DNA of 51,339 bases, counting the filler, from Jimgerdemannia flammicorona (lineage: Eukaryota), in the NCBI GenBank assembly GCA_003990765.1. It is 2 parts of 2 records of this genome, joined end to end, with 100 filler letters (N's around TTAATTAATTAA, not from the genome) between each part and the next. Parts side by side here need not be neighbours in the genome. Positions count along the whole stretch, not along the records: positions 1 to 25,620 come from RBNJ01000812.1; 1 more part is not named here. One strand, given 5' to 3'. Both the position numbers and the translations under genes were made by a program. Positions 11,793-24,800 of this stretch are shown in pieces. The stretch's first letter is position 1. Each line of letters starts with the position of its first letter. The notes beneath the pieces are model-generated. The model was not told where the DNA came from and did not search any database. It saw nothing but the letters and a program-made list of their open reading frames with translations.

Positions 11793-14509
11793 ATGAGCAG
11801 GAACTGGACAAAGCGACCAAGGAATTACGAGACCGACTACCCACTCCCACCACCACCATCCTCCTGGCAACAACACCATCCCCACCCCCATCCCTCTCAT
11901 CCCCACCGCCTCTTCCATAAGACCAACACAACGAGCATGATGCCCCCGGATCGCATCACCGACGAGTCCGTCAAGCGCCGTGTCCTACGCTGCTTTGAGG
12001 ACACCCTCTTCATCGCCAGCAACCATCTCACCGACCATTACCAGGACAAGTACGCCCGCTGTCTCGACATTGAGAACCACACCATTTCCCAGTGGCTTCC
12101 CCACCTCCTCATGGGCAAGGTCGATTGTGCAAGGTTCTCAGCCGAACCCTCCCAGGTATTCTTCTTCCTCATCAACGGGCTCGCCGACACCACACTCAGC
12201 TCTCACGCCCGCGTACTGCCACCAGATCTCGCCATCCGTCGACACCGCGATTTCTGGGTCGTTCGGAACCGCCTCATGAGGCTCTGTTCCTCCGTCGTCG
12301 CGCGATCGGTCCTACGAGACATGTACACGCGCGTCTACGAGGGCGCGCCGGTATTCCCGCTCATCTTTCCGAGGGGGGGTGATCAAGCCCAGCGATTCGA
12401 CGATTGGGACCAGCTGCTCGACGCACTGCCGCTTCAGAGAGCCCGTCTGAATCAAGAAAAGTCCACGCCGCTGTGGGCGGACGAGGACGACGATATGGCG
12501 CTGCAGATGCCCCTGGTCCAGCCCGAGCCGATTTTGGAATACGAGGAGAGGGGGCCTGACATCCGTGAAGGCTACGACCACCGCGAAAACCACGATTCCC
12601 GCAACCTCCGTGGTGCATGGAGGCCCAATCCCCGTGACGACCATAATGCATGCGACGAATACGACGACCGCGACTACCATGACACGAGGAGGTACGACCA
12701 CCGCGACAACTGCGACTCCCGGGTCTACGACCCAGACTATCGAGACCCACGCGATCCCCGTTACTCGAGGAGATACGACCCCTGCGACGAATACGACCAC
12801 CGCGGTGGCTACGACTCTCGTGATGCCCATCGCAACCCCCGCGACGCGAGGAGAGCCGGCCCCTGTGGTGACTACGACTCTCGCGATCATCACGAAGCCC
12901 GCGATATTCGAGAACTCCGCGATGCAAGAAAACCTGCCCAGCCGAACCCCCGCCGCGACTGCGCTACTGATTTGCCCTCCAACCCCCCACCCCACAAGCC
13001 CTCTGATAGCGGCTCGGAAGGCCCCAACTTCCTTCCCACACCCTCGGACTCGCGAGGCGGGAGCGCAGAGCCCACCGCCAGCTACCTTAGCACCCGCCCC
13101 GCACCCGCCGGACCCTCGCCAACACTCGTCCCAATCCCAGAGGAACACCCGCGCGTCGAGTCGCAGCCGCAGCTGCTGCAGCTGCCGCAGCCGCACCGAC
13201 CCATGATCCGGTTCCAGATCCACGTAGCCGGACACACCGCTCCCGCCGGCCAGAAGAACTTGCTCGACCGCGCGTCGGCGAGCCCGTCGCCAGCTCTTCA
13301 CGAGGATGAGGATGAGAACGCGGAAGAGAAGGCGCGATCGATGGGACTACTGCCCACGCCGATAGGAGTAATGGACCCGCTTGAGATGACGCGGTTGAGG
13401 ATTGTGAAGATGTTTGAGGATGTGCTGTTTGTGACAGGGCCGTCGTTCCAGGTGCATTATAGGCGAAAGTATGGCGTCGAGATGAAGTTCGTGGGGAAGA
13501 TGGTGGGTGCTGAATTTCCTGATCCGTTGGATGTTTCGTATATTATCGGTGGTGGTGTAGAAACTCGCAATTGGGGTACGGCCATCTATCATACCTTCCA
13601 AACTAACCTCCTTCCTCCCAGATGAACCACCTCACCAACCTCCTCCCCACAACGCTCACCCCCCTTCGCCACCCAACCTATGCCACCACCGTCCTCCTAA
13701 CCTTGACCCAACGCCCTCCGCTACCACCCACCTCAACGATACCGATCCCCCTTTACCTCCTCCGCTCACGCCTCCTCCGTCTTTGCCTTTGCTCCCTTCG
13801 CCCGGACCTCCTTCTCTGGCTCTACGACCACGCCTATGGCGACCTACCTGAGTGCCAGTTCCCCATGTCCTGTCCATCTTCCAATGGGTCCGTCTGGGTC
13901 AACAACTGGGCCATGTTTGTCTCCTGGGCGAGGAACGATCGCAGCCCATACGCCGCGTTGTATGCTGAGGCCGGAGAGGAAGCACCCGCTGTTAATAAGG
14001 TAGTCGGGACAGAGGTTAAGGAGCCATGGACATGGTTTGTCGGGTCCGCGGGAAGGGTATGTGCCGCGAAGGTCTTGAAAGGCAGCGAGGCGAAGGCTAC
14101 GGGAGGCGTCAGGGGAGATGGCGAGGATAAGGAGACAGTCGTCAGCATAGAGGTCGAACCGCCAGTGGAAGAACGGGCCAGTGCGTCGGTGGCGGTGACA
14201 CCGCGGCGGAACATGTATGGAGTGTTTTCGGTGTCGGCGCCGGTACCGGCTCTGGCGTCGGTTCCGGTTCCGGTACCGGTACCGGTACCGGCACCGATTC
14301 AGGTCTCCGCCCCGCTGCCGCCACCGACGAACTTGTACTACATGCTCACGCCACCGGCTCCAACTCAGGCCTCCGCCCAACCGATGGAGGAGGTGATTAT
14401 GGCGAAGATACCAACCGGCCTAGTCACACCGGCGCAGCGGCGGATGCTGGAAATCCTGTTCCTCGTGAACGATGTGATCCCGAGGAAGAGGAAGTTCGGT
14501 GAGGATTGA
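11793..14509 (+). CDS. Two-exon gene (11793-13502, 13622-14509; ~865 aa) with duplicated LOTUS/OST-HTH-like modules and an R/D/Y-rich disordered region
   Basis: Long GC/CpG-rich ORFs joined by a phase-0 intron 13503-13621 (GTGGGT donor, ACTAAC branch point, CAG acceptor). Splicing restores an internal repeat: FEDTLF..HYQDKY..RNRLMRLC..MY vs FEDVLF..HYRRKY..RSRLLRLC..LY. Gene call is strong; the domain identity is inferred. Confidence 0.78.
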
Positions 14510-14645
14510 TGGGGAACGGGGGTTTGGTTTGGTGTGCTCGGGTTTGGAGAGGGAGGGAGCCATTGCGCTTGGATTTTATTTTTCTTTCTTTTTCTTGGTG
14601 TTGGTGTTCAGGCTGTATACTTATGTACGTATACCACCACGGCTT

Positions 14646-14670
14646 TCCTTTCTTCCTTCCTTCCTTCCTT

Positions 14671-14728
<58 letters not shown>
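14646..14728. repeat. (CCTT)n plus long poly(T) tract
   Basis: Directly visible simple repeat downstream of the 11793-14509 gene. Confidence 0.95.
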
Positions 14729-14731
<3 letters not shown>

Positions 14732-15183
14732 CTTTCGTTGTATATATTTTTTTTATGTTTCTTACAATGAAGTTTATGGCGAGGCCTAGTTGCGGTTGAA
14801 TTGTTCCGAAGCGGCATGCTTCTTTGAGATTGTCTGTTGCAGTTTATAGGAGGTTGTGACAACGAAAACAATGATACTCTATCTTCGAAATTCACGCCCA
14901 TGATGATGGCATACCCAAACCCCTTCCACGAACCCTCCACCATCCTTACCAACCTCCTTGGTACCATTCACCATGAGTGCTGAGGTGATTAGGCCAGGGC
15001 GAGACCTGCGAACTTCCGGATCCAGCTCGTATCACCTCAGGGCGATGACGGTTTCGAGGTAGCTGGTAGCTGGTGCGCACGGACCTTTTCATGCAGTCTG
15101 TCGCACAAACCCCAGAAAGGAAAGTCACAGAAAATGGTCCCAACCCGCCCACTTCCTCCCCCCACACAAACCCTCCGCGGCCC

Positions 15184-17163
15184 ATGGGGACAGTCAATTC
15201 GAAAACAAACGGGGAAGCCATACAGAGCACCACCGGCAGCGACTCATCCTCACCGCGTGAGTCCATCGAGGCCCCACCCGAAGAATCGCCGGGGTTTAAA
15301 TGGGTAGCCGGGCGGAGGTCTACATTGGGGGACGGCGTGATCAACAAGTTTGTTCTGCCAGCGGACGATGATCTGACAGACAGCCGCCAGATCCTGCATT
15401 TTTGTTTAAGGTGAGCCCACCTCGACTTTGGCCATGCGCTGTTTTGTAGGCGTTGAGGTGAACTTCCCATTTTCAAAACATGGACCAGGTGTTGACGCAC
15501 ACTGCTTTCTATCCAATCCAGATATATTTTCCAAGGGTAGGTTAGTCGCCAGGTTGCTTGACCCGACAGTATCGAGCTGTATGTTCCAACATGGGTTTCT
15601 CACTTTACGACCAACACGCTCTCTCAGAAACTTTCAAGCCGATGTAATAGACTTATTAGAGGATGGTATCAAAGTGCTGGACGTTGGGTAAGCATAACTC
15701 GATCAACTCAATAATCATCAATCCGTTCCAATACGTATTCAACCTACCGATTAACTCTCTTCTTCCGCCCTCGCACGGCCTACCCACCTCGCTATGCAAG
15801 CTGTGGTTTGGGCCAATGGACACTGGTGAGTTTCATTCAGAATCCCACATGATCATACCCCGTTATACGCACTACATTGCGCACTTTTGTTCTCAACCTA
15901 CACCCCATTCTTCCGCACCCTACGCACAAAAATAGGAAATGGCCAAGGATTTCCCGGCCTCCACCTTCTTCGGCACGGACCTTGACGCCTCCGTGCTGCC
16001 GAAGCCGAGGAATGGCGACATGTGGCCGCCCAATGTCACTTTCCAGATTGCAAACACGTGTCAGAAGCTACCGTTCCCGGACAATACATTTGATTATGTC
16101 TTCCAGAGGTGAGTGTGCGATGGTTTTTTTTTTTTTTTTTTTTGGGAATGATCGAGGAATATGTACGACAGGAAAGGTGGACAGGAGAGAAAATATGATT
16201 TTGGTGGGTATAAGGATGGAAAAATGGATGAGGATGATGACAATACACAGACATTAATCGTGCTAGTCTAGGATCATGGGCATCCAGCGCGGACCTTTTT
16301 TTATTTAATCTTCCGACCACATCCTCATTGTCTATGTTACCCCCAATTTCACCGCATATACCCCGTTGGAAACAGATACCTGACACTCGACCTGACGACG
16401 AAGCAGTGGCGGAAAGTGATCAAGGAATTGGTGCGCGTCACGAAACCAGGTGGTTGGATCGAGCTTGGTAGGTTGCGATTGAATATGGGCGGTGCGGTGG
16501 GAGGTGTAAATAGCGGATTGCTTGCGTTATGACAGCGGCGTTGTTGCGGGATGTGTATTAGTGGGTATGGATGCGTGGGTGATAATTGGGAAGGGGTTTG
16601 AACGTATAGGGAGTCGATGAGGTGGTTTTTCATATTCTTGTACGATTGGATTTGGATGATCATTATAGTAGAACCCGACCTGCGCTATTGGGACCGAGGC
16701 CCGACGTTTGCAAATTGGAACGACAAGTGTAAGCGTTTTCATTTTCACATACTTATATTGCTTTAGCCCATCCTCCCATCTCACCCACCTCACCCCACCC
16801 GCAGTCCTCCAACTGATGACGAGCCGCAACATTGACCCTCGGCTCTCCCCCCAGCTCGAGCAAACGCTTGTCAGCGCCGGCCTAGTCGATACGGCCTCGG
16901 ACTTCCACTCGTGGCCACAATTCGCCGGTCGCCGGTTCCGCGAGCTGACCCTGCGCAGCGCCGAGCTCGCCCTCGAGGCCCTCCGGCCCGAGATGGCCCG
17001 CGCCCTTGGAAACCTCAGCCCGGCAGGGTACGATCACATGGCCCGCGAGGCGCTCAAAGAGCTCGTCGGAAATAAGAGCTGGCTGAACGTGTATTGGACC
17101 GTGGGGAGGAAACCGGAGAGTGCAGTGGCGAAGAGGGAAAGTTGGTTGGGTGGGTTGGGATGA
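15184..17163 (+). CDS. Class I SAM-dependent methyltransferase, 8 exons (15184-15410, 15522-15536, 15628-15687, 15801-15825, 15936-16108, 16376-16467, 16669-16728, 16805-17163)
   Basis: All introns are GT-AG and phase-consistent. Spliced protein has FVLPADDD..LHFCLRYIFQGNF, motif I KVLDVGCGLGQW, FFGTDL, LPFPDNTFDYVFQR, ELVRVTKPGGWIELVE and C-terminal VYWTVGRKP. An upstream in-frame ATG at 15091 is an alternative start. Confidence 0.9.
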
Positions 17164-17616
17164 GAGTGGATGGAAAGGGATAATGGAATGCTGTGGTGGG
17201 AGAGACATGAGACAATCTTTAGAATTTTAAGTGTTTGAAGACATGCAATACGTAGATGTTTGATAGAATTTCAACATGTCATTCAATTTTTGTCTCTTTT
17301 TTCTTTCTTTCTTATTATAATGCATATAACCTAAAGATCTTAATAAAAATATACAAAATTTAAAAACATAGAATATAATGAGAAAATAATTACTTAAAAA
17401 AGGTTTTTATTATATTATTTTTTAATTAATTTATTATTATATTTATTTAATTATTTTGTAGATTTATTATCTTATATATTATTTATTTAATACTACTAAA
17501 TAGTTTAATAATATTATATATTTTAATAAAAAAAAAAAAAATTATTCAAATTTATTTTTTTAATTATAAATAAAGAAATGATATTATTATACTATAGAAG
17601 ATATATAAAATTAAAC

Positions 17617-17617
<1 letters not shown>

Positions 17618-17655
<38 letters not shown>
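17618..17655. repeat. (TTA)n microsatellite in very AT-rich decayed DNA
   Basis: About 12 TTA units directly visible. Confidence 0.9.
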
Positions 17656-18814
17656 GAAAATTAAGCTTCTCTAGATTATCTATATTTCTGATTACTAATA
17701 TCTGGTGATAGTATATTTTATAATATTAACCTCAAGATCCAAATTAGACATATGTAGTGTTTTTAATTATGAGTTCTTTTTCTATTAATTGAATAAATAT
17801 AAAAAACAGAAGAAAATAAAAAAAAAAAATATTTAGAGCTTAGTTAATAAAATATTAATAGTTGAGAATTGAAGTATAGAAATTGTCTTAGCAGATTGTG
17901 TAGTATTAGATATATTATAATATATTAATAATAAGTAATACTAAATATTACTATATAAAGCTATTATCTTCTATATAGATCTTATAGAAGAACCAAGGCT
18001 CTATCAAATAATGTTTAGAGAAAAATTCCTTAAGCTTTATTTTCATTTCTATTTATCTTAATCTTGTAGCTATGATAATTGTATATCTCTAACTCTCTTA
18101 TTACTTATATATTTCTATACCAGCTATATATCTTTAATATATAGGCCTCATTCTGAATAATAATATATATTTATCTCTTCAGCTTTTGATATTAAATATT
18201 TTTTAAAATAGAAGTAAGCCCAGCTAAGTATATTTCTGATTATTCAATATATAATCTTTTATGTCTTATAATTCATCATACTATTTATCTCAAAGAGTAG
18301 AATAATGATAGCATTGAACTCATATATAAAGAATGTGATGGCCTTATAATAGATCTTATTCTAGAGATATATAATTCTATACAACATATATGTAATAACT
18401 ATAGTCAGTTGTCTGGCTTTTTGCTTTTTATACTTTGAGCTGGATCTATTTAAATAATCCATTCTGAATATCAGATTATCTATATATTAATAGAGATAGA
18501 CCATATATCTGATATTATATTATCTAATCTTGTCTATACTTTTGATGAAAGAGTACTATATAAATAGTATGCAAATGTCAGAGTCAATTAAAATAGTATA
18601 AATTGAACCATCTACTTATATTTTGTAATATTGCTTTTATCTCTCATAGACCCATACCAATTCCCAGTCATTGGTCTTTTAGAAATATATATATTAGTTT
18701 GTAATTACTGATAATTTTATATAGTAATGGTTAGCTATTTTTTCTATACTTTTTCTTAAAATATAGTAATCAGTATATCTGTTTATCTATAGGTTTATAT
18801 TACTAGTATAATAA

Positions 18815-21800
18815 ACCTATCTTTCTCTGGTAACATTCAGGTTATACAACCTTCTGACAATGTTTATAATATAGTTTTTGGAGAAATAATATTAGTAACA
18901 TAGCAAGTAATAAGTATTCTGAGATATATACTAGACAGGGAGATCTAAGTATATTTAATTGACAATATGTAAAAAGGGGCCTGGGCTTGAGAGGAAGTAT
19001 GAGAGGCTTACTGGTGGGCAGATGTAAAAGGAGAGAGAGTAGTGTTAGAGGACAGAGAATTGAGAGGGTAAGCTTTGCAGATAAGGTGAATAAGAGATAG
19101 CCAGCAACTAGACTAGAGGACTGGCTGAGAAGAGGCAAGGAGATGATAAAGAATATGAGATAGTAGCAGCCAGGGGGAGTCTTTCTGAGTAGCTAGAGTA
19201 GGGGGGCTGATGGTGTAGTGGCTGAGGAGATAACTACTGATGAGATAGTAATGGGTAATCTGAAAAAAAATCTAGATGGAACTGCTGATGGTGGACTAAG
19301 TTGTGGGAAGAATATAAGGCCTAGTGACCTAGCTAATAGTATAATAGAACTGGTGATGGCCCCATTACTCAAGAAGTCAATTTCAGAGTTTGTAGTTACT
19401 TTGTACTTCTGGGGCTTAGCAGTGATGACAAAAATAGTCCTGGGACTAATTATGAAGCAGATGGGTGGCATGGCATCTGTTAAGTTCCTGAGGGGCCTAG
19501 AAGGGGTAGAGGTGGGCTTTGAGGAGACTGGGTCATTAGAGGATATATTGAAGGCTGGGTTGACAGTTGGGGAGATATATGTACTGATGGCATACTGTCT
19601 GAGATGGGATCCCAGGGTGGTATAGCTCCTGGTGAAAGGGGTTCCTATGGTGACTGTAGTGGAGATAAGGAGGCAAGTAGAGGAAGTTATGACAGAGTAT
19701 AGAGAGGTAATCAATATAGGGTTCAGGGTATAAAAAGGAACCTCCTTTTAGACAGAAGGTGTTAATATCTGGATTTGGTTGGTAGGAAGAGAGACTACTG
19801 AGAAGGCTCAGGATTGGCCTTTGGTAATAGTGTGGGAAGCCTTTATATGTAAGGTGATGAGGATAAAGAGGAGTGAGAAGGAAGAAGAAGACCTGTTAGA
19901 GGTGCTGGAGGAGTTGAGTAGTATAGTGGATCAGAGGGTAAAGGCTTGAAAGATATTTGTGGAGTTAACAAACTTAGAGATTATTGATGAAAAGTATGTC
20001 CACATTGATAAGAGGCTGTAGGAGAGGTCCCAAGGATGCAGGAGATAGAAAGAGTTGCTGGCAAAACTTGAGAGAGGGGCAGAGAGGAATACTGGTAGTA
20101 GTGAGGATACCAGAGGTACCAAGGCAAGTGTCTGGGCCAGCAGAAGTAGAAGAAATGAGAAGGTGGGTCAGGAGGAGACCAGAAAGGTACTGAGCAAGGA
20201 TCTATATAAGGATAGTACATTTGAAGTCTAGAAGAATACTTCTCCTCCTCTTATCAGATAGGGACTAGCTATATATGAGAGGCTGGATGGTAGAGAATGT
20301 GCCAATGCAAGGTATCTAGCAAGTGTACTTTGGAGTTCTTAAGGTAGCAAAGAGGGGACTGGTGGTGGCAGCTGGTGAAGAGGAATTGGTAGATGTCCCA
20401 GAGAAGGAGTGGGATGAGTCTGTAAGTAGAGGTAGATACCTTGATGCTGGGTGGAGGAAGGCCAGTGACTCTAGGGAGGAAGAAGGTGAAAAACCTACTA
20501 TAGGTGTGCCAGATAATAAATAACTTTATAGCTGAAGAGTTGGGGGAAGTGGATCTAAGAGTGATGAGTGATGAGTATTGAATATAGTAATAGAGTAATA
20601 GAGGCACTGAAGGCAGAAATACTTATAGTTTTTCTGAAGGAGGAAGGATATGAGGTTGATAAAGAGAGGGAGACCAAGCTGGCAGTTGCTGCTGGTGAGC
20701 AGACCACCTACTGTTGGGCTGAGCATCATGGATTTCAGCTCTGGCAGGAGGCCTGCCTAAAGTATTATGAAGAATTTGAGGAAAAGAAGGATGGGGAAAT
20801 GACCAAGCTACTGGTTGGATTGGAGGCTAAGAGGGCTGAAGAGGAGGAGGTGTCTACTGAATATAATCTAGACTTGGCACAGGAGGTGATGAATATGGAG
20901 TAGTAGAGAATAGACTTGCTATCTTACAATATTCCTCATAAACAGTATAATTAATATTTTTTCTTTGAATGTGAATGGATTACAGAGTTCTTTTCAGCAT
21001 CAGAATATTTTCATTTTACTGAAGAGATTGGAGGCCAATCTCTTTCTTTTGCAGAATATCAGATATGAGAATGACTTAGATAGTCTAGAATAGATAAAGG
21101 AATGAGGAGGTGAGACAGTTTGGAAGGACAAGGTTGGGATTCTGGTCTGGAGAGGTAGAGGAGAGATATGAGGAGCTGGAGAAACAGACTAGTTTGGGGA
21201 GAGTAGATATGAACAGGTTGGGAGCCAGTTACAGTAGGTTTCTGCTACTGTCCCACTATGCAGAGTGAGTATGTAGATTAGGTGAAAGATCTTTAAGAGA
21301 GTGGGGCCCTTATAGAGACTAGAGTGGATATACTTGGCAGAGACTTTAATGTAGTCAGAGATATACTGGTGGATAGAACTGACAGAGAGTAGGGGGCTGA
21401 GGGTAGGAGTAGAGGTCTGGAGACATAAGAGAAAGTAAAAAGATTAAGTGTTCTGATAGATGCTAGCAGGGGGTTCTGGGGTAATAGAAGGGTATACATA
21501 TACTGAGCAGGTGGCCTGGGGACAAGGATTGACTAGATTCTGATAATAAGCTACTGGAGTTAGATGTTTGGAAGTTGCTGAAGGCAGAGTGGTGTCTGTG
21601 GTCAGATCATTGAGAGTTGCTAGGACAGGGTTATTTTGGGGAGAGTGGGGATGGGCCTGGACATTGGTGTCTCAATTCCTCTTTATTAGATAATAAGGTG
21701 CTATGAGACAAGTAGGCTGAGGATATTCAGCAGAGGGTGGAGGGCTGAATACAGAAGGATATCCCAGTTGGTACCTGGTGGATGAGGATGAAAGAGGCTG

Positions 21801-24800
21801 CTAGGGTCTACTGAAGTGAGGCTGGTAAGGTGACTAGAAGACAGAGGAGGAAGAGGGTGAGTTGGGCTTCTGCTAGACTGACTAGGCTTCTGAAAGATTA
21901 GACAGATCTGGTGGCCCTGGAGGGAGGAGAGGACTGGAGATTAATGCAGGCAAAGATAGAGGTTGGAGAGTTACAATAGGTATTGCAAAAAGAGGAGGGG
22001 GACATTGGTGCAGAGTTTGGTAGTATAGTTATGTTGGCAGGGGCTAGAGGAAGGGGAAAGGCCCTCTAAGTATCTCATAAGAGCTCTTCAGATGAGGAGA
22101 GTAAAGTAGAGGTGGGAGAGGGTACTAGATTCTAATAGTCTGTTAGTGTATAGTATACAAGATATTCTTGGATTGTTAAAGGAGAGATGGAGTGGTTATG
22201 GAGTGAGAAGGAGGGTGGGGCTGATGCTGCCACTATTGACCATGCTTTGGAGGATTGGTACCCACTATAAGCAGAAGGACTGGGCAGCTTAGTGATACTG
22301 ATACAGAAGGAGGAGATCTGCCAGGTTCTTGCTACAACTATACTAGGCATGGCACCAGAGGAGAATAGTCTGCCCTGGGACTTTTGGAAGAAGATAGTGG
22401 GAGTCTCTGAAGTACTGGGAGAGCTGATGACACTTTGTAACTTGATACTACAGTCAGAGAGCTAGGTGGAAGAGCAGGATTCAGGGCTGGTAGTACTGCT
22501 TTATAAGAATAAGGACAAGAGAGAGGACTGGAAGAACTGGTGGCTGATCATACTTCTGGATATAGACAGAAAGTTGGTTACTAAGGTGGTGGTTGCAAGA
22601 CTGTAGAAGGTGGCCCAGTAAGTCTTGGGTGTGAAGCAGTGGGGCTTTGCAGGAGGCCAGCTTATTAGAGATGACATGGTCTGAGTATATGGAGTTATTA
22701 AAGGAGTATGAGCCTGTGGACTGGATGGGTGACTGGTTTTTCTGGATTAGGAGAAGGCATATAACTGGGTTTGACAGATCTGATTAGTGAAGATATTGAA
22801 TAGGATTGGGATATCTCATCAGTTCTAGTTGGTAATAGTCAGCCTACTGGAAGAGAGTAGAGCTGTGCTCATATACAATAGATATAGAGGAGTGGCATTT
22901 CCCCTGGAAAGGGGTATTCCCCAGGGGGACCCACTGTCTCCCATTCTGTATGCTCTTTCACTAAAGCCTTTGATAGATAGGATTTGGTGAAAGATAGTCA
23001 GGCTCTCAGTTTTCAGGATTAGGTAGAAAGTTGGAGCCTTTGCAGATAATATAGTGGTCAGTCTGGGATCAATTGCAGATGTCAAGGAGCTCAAAGAGAC
23101 AGTGAAGTAGTATGAGGTGTACTCTGAGGCTAAACTCAATTAACATAAGTGTGAAATGATAGTGTTGGGTAATGGCCTAGTGGGAGGGGATATCATTGAA
23201 ACAATTGTCTCTACTAGAGAGGCAGTGTAGTACTTGGGTATCTATCTGTCAGTATATGGGTCAGTTCTACTAAGACCTTGGTGGGAGCAGAGAATTGTGA
23301 TCTGAGGGGAGGCCCTGCAGAGTTGAGGAGGACACCACTTGTCTCTGGCAGGGTGTATTTCAATTTTGAACATTTACTGACTGCCAAAGTTGTGATATTT
23401 GACTTATCACTTAGACTTCTTAGCCTGAGTGGTGAAGAGACTGTTGAAACTGGCCAAGGGGTTGATCTGGACTGAGAGAAGGAGTTAGATCAGCTGAGAG
23501 GTCTTGTCTTTATCAGTGGCTAGAGGGGATCTCAAGCTGGTTGATTTTCTGAAGAGACTGTACTATCTGAGAGCATGGTAACTAAAGAGAGCAGTAGAGC
23601 TGAGAGGGGATAGCTGGGTTCCCCTGATGCAGAAGGTCTGAGAGATGAGGTCTTCACCAAAGACTCTATAGGAGATTTACTATCCTTGATTAGACTTCAG
23701 AACAATGAGCATATGTGGTATAAAGGCTTCTGGTGGAGGATAGCAGATGGGGTATACTATATTTGAATTCACTAATAAGAAAATGAAGGAGAGATGCCTT
23801 GGGACCCAGAAATATAGAGATGGGACCAAGTATTGTTGGAGGGCATCCCCCTAATTTATTTTAATATTAGCAATGAGGTTGAGTACCAGAGAGAGCTAGG
23901 ACAGAATCTATGGCCAAGCAGATAGTAGTTGGCAGGTATTGGAGAGGAGTGGGACTAGAATGGGGTCTGGACCTGAAGTGCTGAGGTAAAGCAGTGGCTA
24001 CTGCCAAAGTACTAGATAGTCTGGTAGCATATACTGTAGAGGAATATCATACTCAACTTCTGCTTGGGCCATCTTATAGAAGAGAAAGTTTTTTTTTTTT
24101 TATAGTCACTTGGACTCTGCCATTTATTACCAATCTATACATAATTATACAGCATCTCCTCTCCTATCTGATTCCCATAGGGGAGCCCCTCCCTACAACA
24201 TCCTGAATAAAGGCCATCTTCTCACCCACTACCCCCACCCTTCCCCTACTCTACTTATAAATCTTCTCCACTAAGTAGTACCTTTGACCACTCTGCACCC
24301 CCCAACCAAGCCACCAGCCTATCAAGGTGTCTTCCATAAGACTATACCACCACAGCAACTGGTTCCCCAAGTCAAGTCTCCTTCTATCTTCAAAAACAAA
24401 TAGCCAGTGACTGGCCAACCCCACTCAAATTGCCAAAACCCAACCTAAGGTAAGCCACTCCTTACCCACCCCCTCCACCAGTCTATTCCTCAGATCTTCC
24501 CACCAACCCTGCATGCCACCACTCTGATACACTACTCCCAAGCAGTCTCCAATAGCTTGCCAGAAGTCGTTAAGTATCTTATACTCCTCTAGCCAATGTT
24601 CAGGCATCTGTATATATCTCTCTTCCTGCCCTACATTGTAGTACTCCTTACAGTCAAAGCAACCCCCCTCAATAAAGTAATCTGTGTAGAAGTTGAGCAT
24701 CACATTTCTCCTCAACAAGCACCACCAGACCACCCAGTACTTTGATGGCAGAAGAGGAAAGCTTTGACTGTAAGGAGTACTATAATATAGGATAGAAAGA

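Noticed and set aside
12312..13301. 329-aa minus ORF and other overlapping ORFs in the GC-rich gene
   Set aside because: Expected stop-poor alternative frames of a GC-rich, repetitive CDS; no independent motifs.
14499..14967. Poly-Phe/poly-Lys ORFs
   Set aside because: Artefacts of the poly(T) tract.
15450..15457. Possible 8-nt microexon gcgttgag (AG...GT flanked)
   Set aside because: It would shift the frame, and the upstream intron would be only ~39 nt; the protein motif is complete without it.
10516..17163. P450 plus methyltransferase as a secondary-metabolite cluster
   Set aside because: The P450 is dead, no backbone synthase is present, and the middle gene is non-enzymatic in appearance.
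17230..18800. AT-rich tract as a transposase relic
   Set aside because: Probably decayed repeat DNA, but no protein motif could be recovered by eye; the same applies to 26590-27180.
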